From the NCBI GenBank assembly GCA_017546265.1, contig JAFYXG010000011.1, positions 221-64,220 on the forward strand: 64,000 bases of DNA, written 5' to 3'. The stretch comes from Alphaproteobacteria bacterium. Its GTDB lineage: Bacteria; Pseudomonadota; Alphaproteobacteria; Rs-D84. Positions within the stretch are counted from its first letter, which is position 1. The number at the start of each line of letters is the position of its first letter. The notes under the pieces are model-generated. The model had not been told where the DNA came from. It was given only the letters and a program-made list of their open reading frames with translations, and did not search any database. The position numbers and the translations under genes are program-made. This document shows positions 61,420 to 64,000 of the stretch, in pieces.

Positions 61420-64000
61420 ATGTTAAACTTTTTCGTTCGCAGACCGATTACTACGTTAATGTTTGTATTGGTGTGGGTTGTATTGGGGCTGGTATCATTT
61501 CCGAATATAAACATAGAGCGTACACCATCAGTTGATTTTCCTATGGTAACTGCGACCTTTATCTATCCTGGTGCGGCACCTGCGGAATTGGAATCCCAGG
61601 TTGTTAAACGTGCCGAGGATGCTGTATCCGAAGTATCAGAATTAAAAAAGATAACATCATATATCTATGAAAACAGTGCGATGGTTATGGCGGAATTTAA
61701 CTTGGGGGTTAATGTTAATGATAAAGCGAACGAGGTGAAAACGAAACTGGATTCACTGATATCTGAATTTCCAGAAGACATGGAAACGCCAGTTGTTGAA
61801 AAGTTAAATCCGCTTCAGCAATCGGTGGTAGATATTGTATTACGTGGTGCCGATGCTCGCGATTTGGAAGAATATACGGACAATATTTTATCGACAAAAA
61901 TTACAGGGATACCTGGTGTTGCCAGTGTGTCTGTATTTGGTGGTCGTGAACGTGCGATTCATATTGCGATGAATCCTGATTCTATGGCGGCACATGGTGT
62001 TACTGTTATGGACGTAGTATCTGCATTGGGGGCACACAACCTGAATGTACCTGGTGGGAAAATAGAAACATCTGTTAATTCTTCGAACGTTCGTTTTGTT
62101 GGCGAATTTGCATCGGTAGCAGAGATTGCAAATCTTCGTTTAACCACGGCCGAAGGTGATAATTTCAAATTATCAGACATCGCCCAAATTACAGACGCGG
62201 CCCGTGACATTGAAACTGGTGCCCGTTATAATGGCGAATCTGTTGTTGTTGCATCTGTGGTCAAGGCATCTGATGGTAATGCGATAAACATCTCACGCGA
62301 ATTGCGTAAACGTATGCCAGAATTGCAGTCAGACCTGCAGGCACATTTTGCCAATGCAGAAATGTTGATTGCGGCGGATTCATCTGTTGCGGTATCGGAT
62401 GAAACTGACAGTACCATTAACGGTATTATTCTGGGGGTTGCACTGACTGTTTTGGTATTATTGGTATTTACACGCAATTGGCGTTCAACGATTATTGCAG
62501 GTGTTGTAATTCCTGCGTCTTTGATTGCTGGATTCTTCTTTGTAGATGCGAATAATTTTACAATTAACGCCATGACGTTGTTGGCATATTCATCTGCCTT
62601 GGGTACATTGGTGTCAAATGCGATTATTTTGATAGAAGCCGCACTGCAGGAAATGCGTGCTGGCAAAAAACCAACAGATGCTGCGATTGACGGTACCAAA
62701 AATGTGGCGGTATCTGTTTTGGCGGGTGTTGGCACAAACGTAGTGGTGTTCCTGCCCTTGGCATTTATGGGTGGTATTGTGGGCCAGTTCATGGTTCAGT
62801 TTGGCATGACAGTTGTGTATTTGACATTATTGTCTTTGATGTTTTCGTTCACATTAACGCCAATGATGATTGCTCAGTTTTTGCGTTTGGGCGAAAAACG
62901 TTCAACCAAAAAAACAGAAACAAAATCTGAAACAAAACCGGCATCTGCTTCCACAGAATCAGATAACAGTTGGCTTCGCCGTTGGTTTGGGGTCCAGTAT
63001 GCACATCCTTGGCGTGTAATTGGTCTGGCTGTGTTAGTTTTTATAGGGTCAACAATGTTGATGAAATTTGTTGGTAACGAGTTTTCACCAACAACTGATG
63101 CGAATGAAATTACAATAACGGCTCGTGCACCAATGGGGGCGACATTTGAAAAATCAGAATCGATTGCATACCAGATTGAAACACGTCTGAAACAGTTCCC
63201 CGAAGTTGCTGCGACAACGGTAAAAATTGGTGACCAAGGATTGCAAAACATCAACATCACAGTTGAATTGGTTGACGTTTCGGAACGTAATATATCTGAC
63301 AAGATGTTGGCCCAGAAAATGTTACCTGTAATATCAAACATTGCAGACGCAGAGATTCAGATACGTGCTGGCGAAGCCCAGTCTTCTGGTTCTTCATCAG
63401 ATTTGGTTCTGAACGTGTTTGGTCCAGACGATGCCAAGCGTGAAGCATACGCGGCACATATCATAGACCTTGTCAACCAAATCCCCGAAGTTCAATCTGC
63501 TGTTCGTGCACAACAGGAACCTGCTATGGAGACCCAGTTTATTCCGAACCAGGAAAAGATGAATTTCTGGGGTGTTCAAAATTCGTATGCCGGCACTACA
63601 TTGCGTACAGCCTTGTATGGTAACGACACATACAAATACAAAGAAAACGGAGAAGAATATCCGATTATTTTGGAATTTGCAAAACCGTTTAAAAATGCAT
63701 CGCTGTTTGACAATGTTTACGTCAATTCAAACAAAGGCATGGTTCCATTGTCATCGTTGGGGGAAATCAAGACGGTTCGTGCAACTCCTGATATTCGCCG
63801 TATAGATAAAAATCGTTTGACAGAAATAGACATTAACATTGGAAAATCTACCATGGGGCCAGTCCAGGCAAAAATTCAATCAGAAATAAATAAAATGGAT
63901 TGGGAATATGGCTATTACACAGAATTTGGTGGTATGTCCGAATACCAGGCCGAAGCCGGAACAGAAATTGGTCGTGCATTTTTACTGGCGACAATATTGA
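61420..64000 (+). CDS. RND-family (AcrB-like) efflux transporter, 3'-truncated by the window end
   Basis: Open frame from ATG 61420 (AAAAGGGG RBS) to the window end, absent from the ORF track because it has no stop. Starts MLNFFVRRPITTLMFVLVWVVLG and has a typical periplasmic loop/TM pattern. Confidence 0.9.
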   Translation, partial: MLNFFVRRPITTLMFVLVWVVLGLVSFPNINIERTPSVDFPMVTATFIYPGAAPAELESQVVKRAEDAVSEVSELKKITSYIYENSAMVMAEFNLGVNVNDKANEVKTKLDSLISEFPEDMETPVVEKLNPLQQSVVDIVLRGADARDLEEYTDNILSTKITGIPGVASVSVFGGRERAIHIAMNPDSMAAHGVTVMDVVSALGAHNLNVPGGKIETSVNSSNVRFVGEFASVAEIANLRLTTAEGDNFKLSDIAQITDAARDIETGARYNGESVVVASVVKASDGNAINISRELRKRMPELQSDLQAHFANAEMLIAADSSVAVSDETDSTINGIILGVALTVLVLLVFTRNWRSTIIAGVVIPASLIAGFFFVDANNFTINAMTLLAYSSALGTLVSNAIILIEAALQEMRAGKKPTDAAIDGTKNVAVSVLAGVGTNVVVFLPLAFMGGIVGQFMVQFGMTVVYLTLLSLMFSFTLTPMMIAQFLRLGEKRSTKKTETKSETKPASASTESDNSWLRRWFGVQYAHPWRVIGLAVLVFIGSTMLMKFVGNEFSPTTDANEITITARAPMGATFEKSESIAYQIETRLKQFPEVAATTVKIGDQGLQNINITVELVDVSERNISDKMLAQKMLPVISNIADAEIQIRAGEAQSSGSSSDLVLNVFGPDDAKREAYAAHIIDLVNQIPEVQSAVRAQQEPAMETQFIPNQEKMNFWGVQNSYAGTTLRTALYGNDTYKYKENGEEYPIILEFAKPFKNASLFDNVYVNSNKGMVPLSSLGEIKTVRATPDIRRIDKNRLTEIDINIGKSTMGPVQAKIQSEINKMDWEYGYYTEFGGMSEYQAEAGTEIGRAFLLATIL

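Noticed and set aside
61959-63341. Minus-strand ORFs of 83-188 aa at the 3' end of the window
   Set aside because: They are antisense to the RND transporter frame. That frame is open from 61420 to the window end and shows clear AcrB-like sequence. It is missing from the ORF track only because it has no stop.
1-64000. CRISPR arrays, rRNA genes, IS elements with terminal inverted repeats
   Set aside because: I saw no regularly spaced direct repeats, no rRNA-like sequence and no transposase other than the HUH candidate. The only tandem repeats are the short in-frame ones at 17411-17446 and 18338-18367.

Overview
This is a 64-kb chromosomal segment from a moderately AT-rich Gram-negative bacterium. 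It is most likely a host-associated alphaproteobacterium of the Rickettsiales/Holosporales type. That placement is inference, based on a Cys-less alpha-type L31, an 801-aa ValRS with no C-terminal coiled coil, PPDK, and several VirB6-like paralogs. All homology calls come from motif recall; no search or computation was run.

Housekeeping genes, mostly on the + strand:
- SpoU/TrmH methyltransferase, a PTA_PTB acyltransferase and ppdK.
- A fragmentary cell-wall cluster: PBP1A, an MliC-like lipoprotein, mraY, ftsW and murG, with a convergent PagL-like deacylase.
- dnaQ and a uvrD-like helicase whose conserved C-terminus is cut off by an in-frame TAA.
- rpmE, a catalytically degenerate IMPase-family gene, an OmpA-like protein, comF, a DUF2147 gene and valS.
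- An acyl-ACP thioesterase, rpmH (too short for the ORF track), gyrA, a MerR gene and tRNA-Glu(CUC).
- A marR-tolC-(stubby MFP)-RND efflux operon that runs off the 3' end.

Lineage-specific content:
1. Five VirB6/TrbL-like polytopic membrane paralogs at 22.4-29.0 kb. Four are translationally coupled and one is divergent. No other T4SS gene is visible in the window.
2. Two adjacent paralogous secreted proteins of about 710-750 aa (15.1-19.6 kb). Each has an Arg/Ser/Thr/Ala-rich low-complexity N-region and an identically spaced Cys motif.
3. Two paralogous modules, each starting with a Gly/Ala-rich secreted protein of about 315 aa. Each is joined by an identical ATGA junction to a different partner, either a trypsin-like protease or a 1148-aa Cys-rich two-TM protein. 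The two modules flank the island described next.
4. A visibly AT-richer island of about 7.8 kb (46.43-54.27 kb) next to tRNA-Gln(UUG). It carries a large serine recombinase, an AbiL-like ATPase+RloB pair and an Mrr-like nuclease. It also carries an HUH/Y1-type nuclease followed by a perfect 34-bp palindrome, and a strongly structured leader of about 220 nt.

No rRNA genes or CRISPR arrays were seen.
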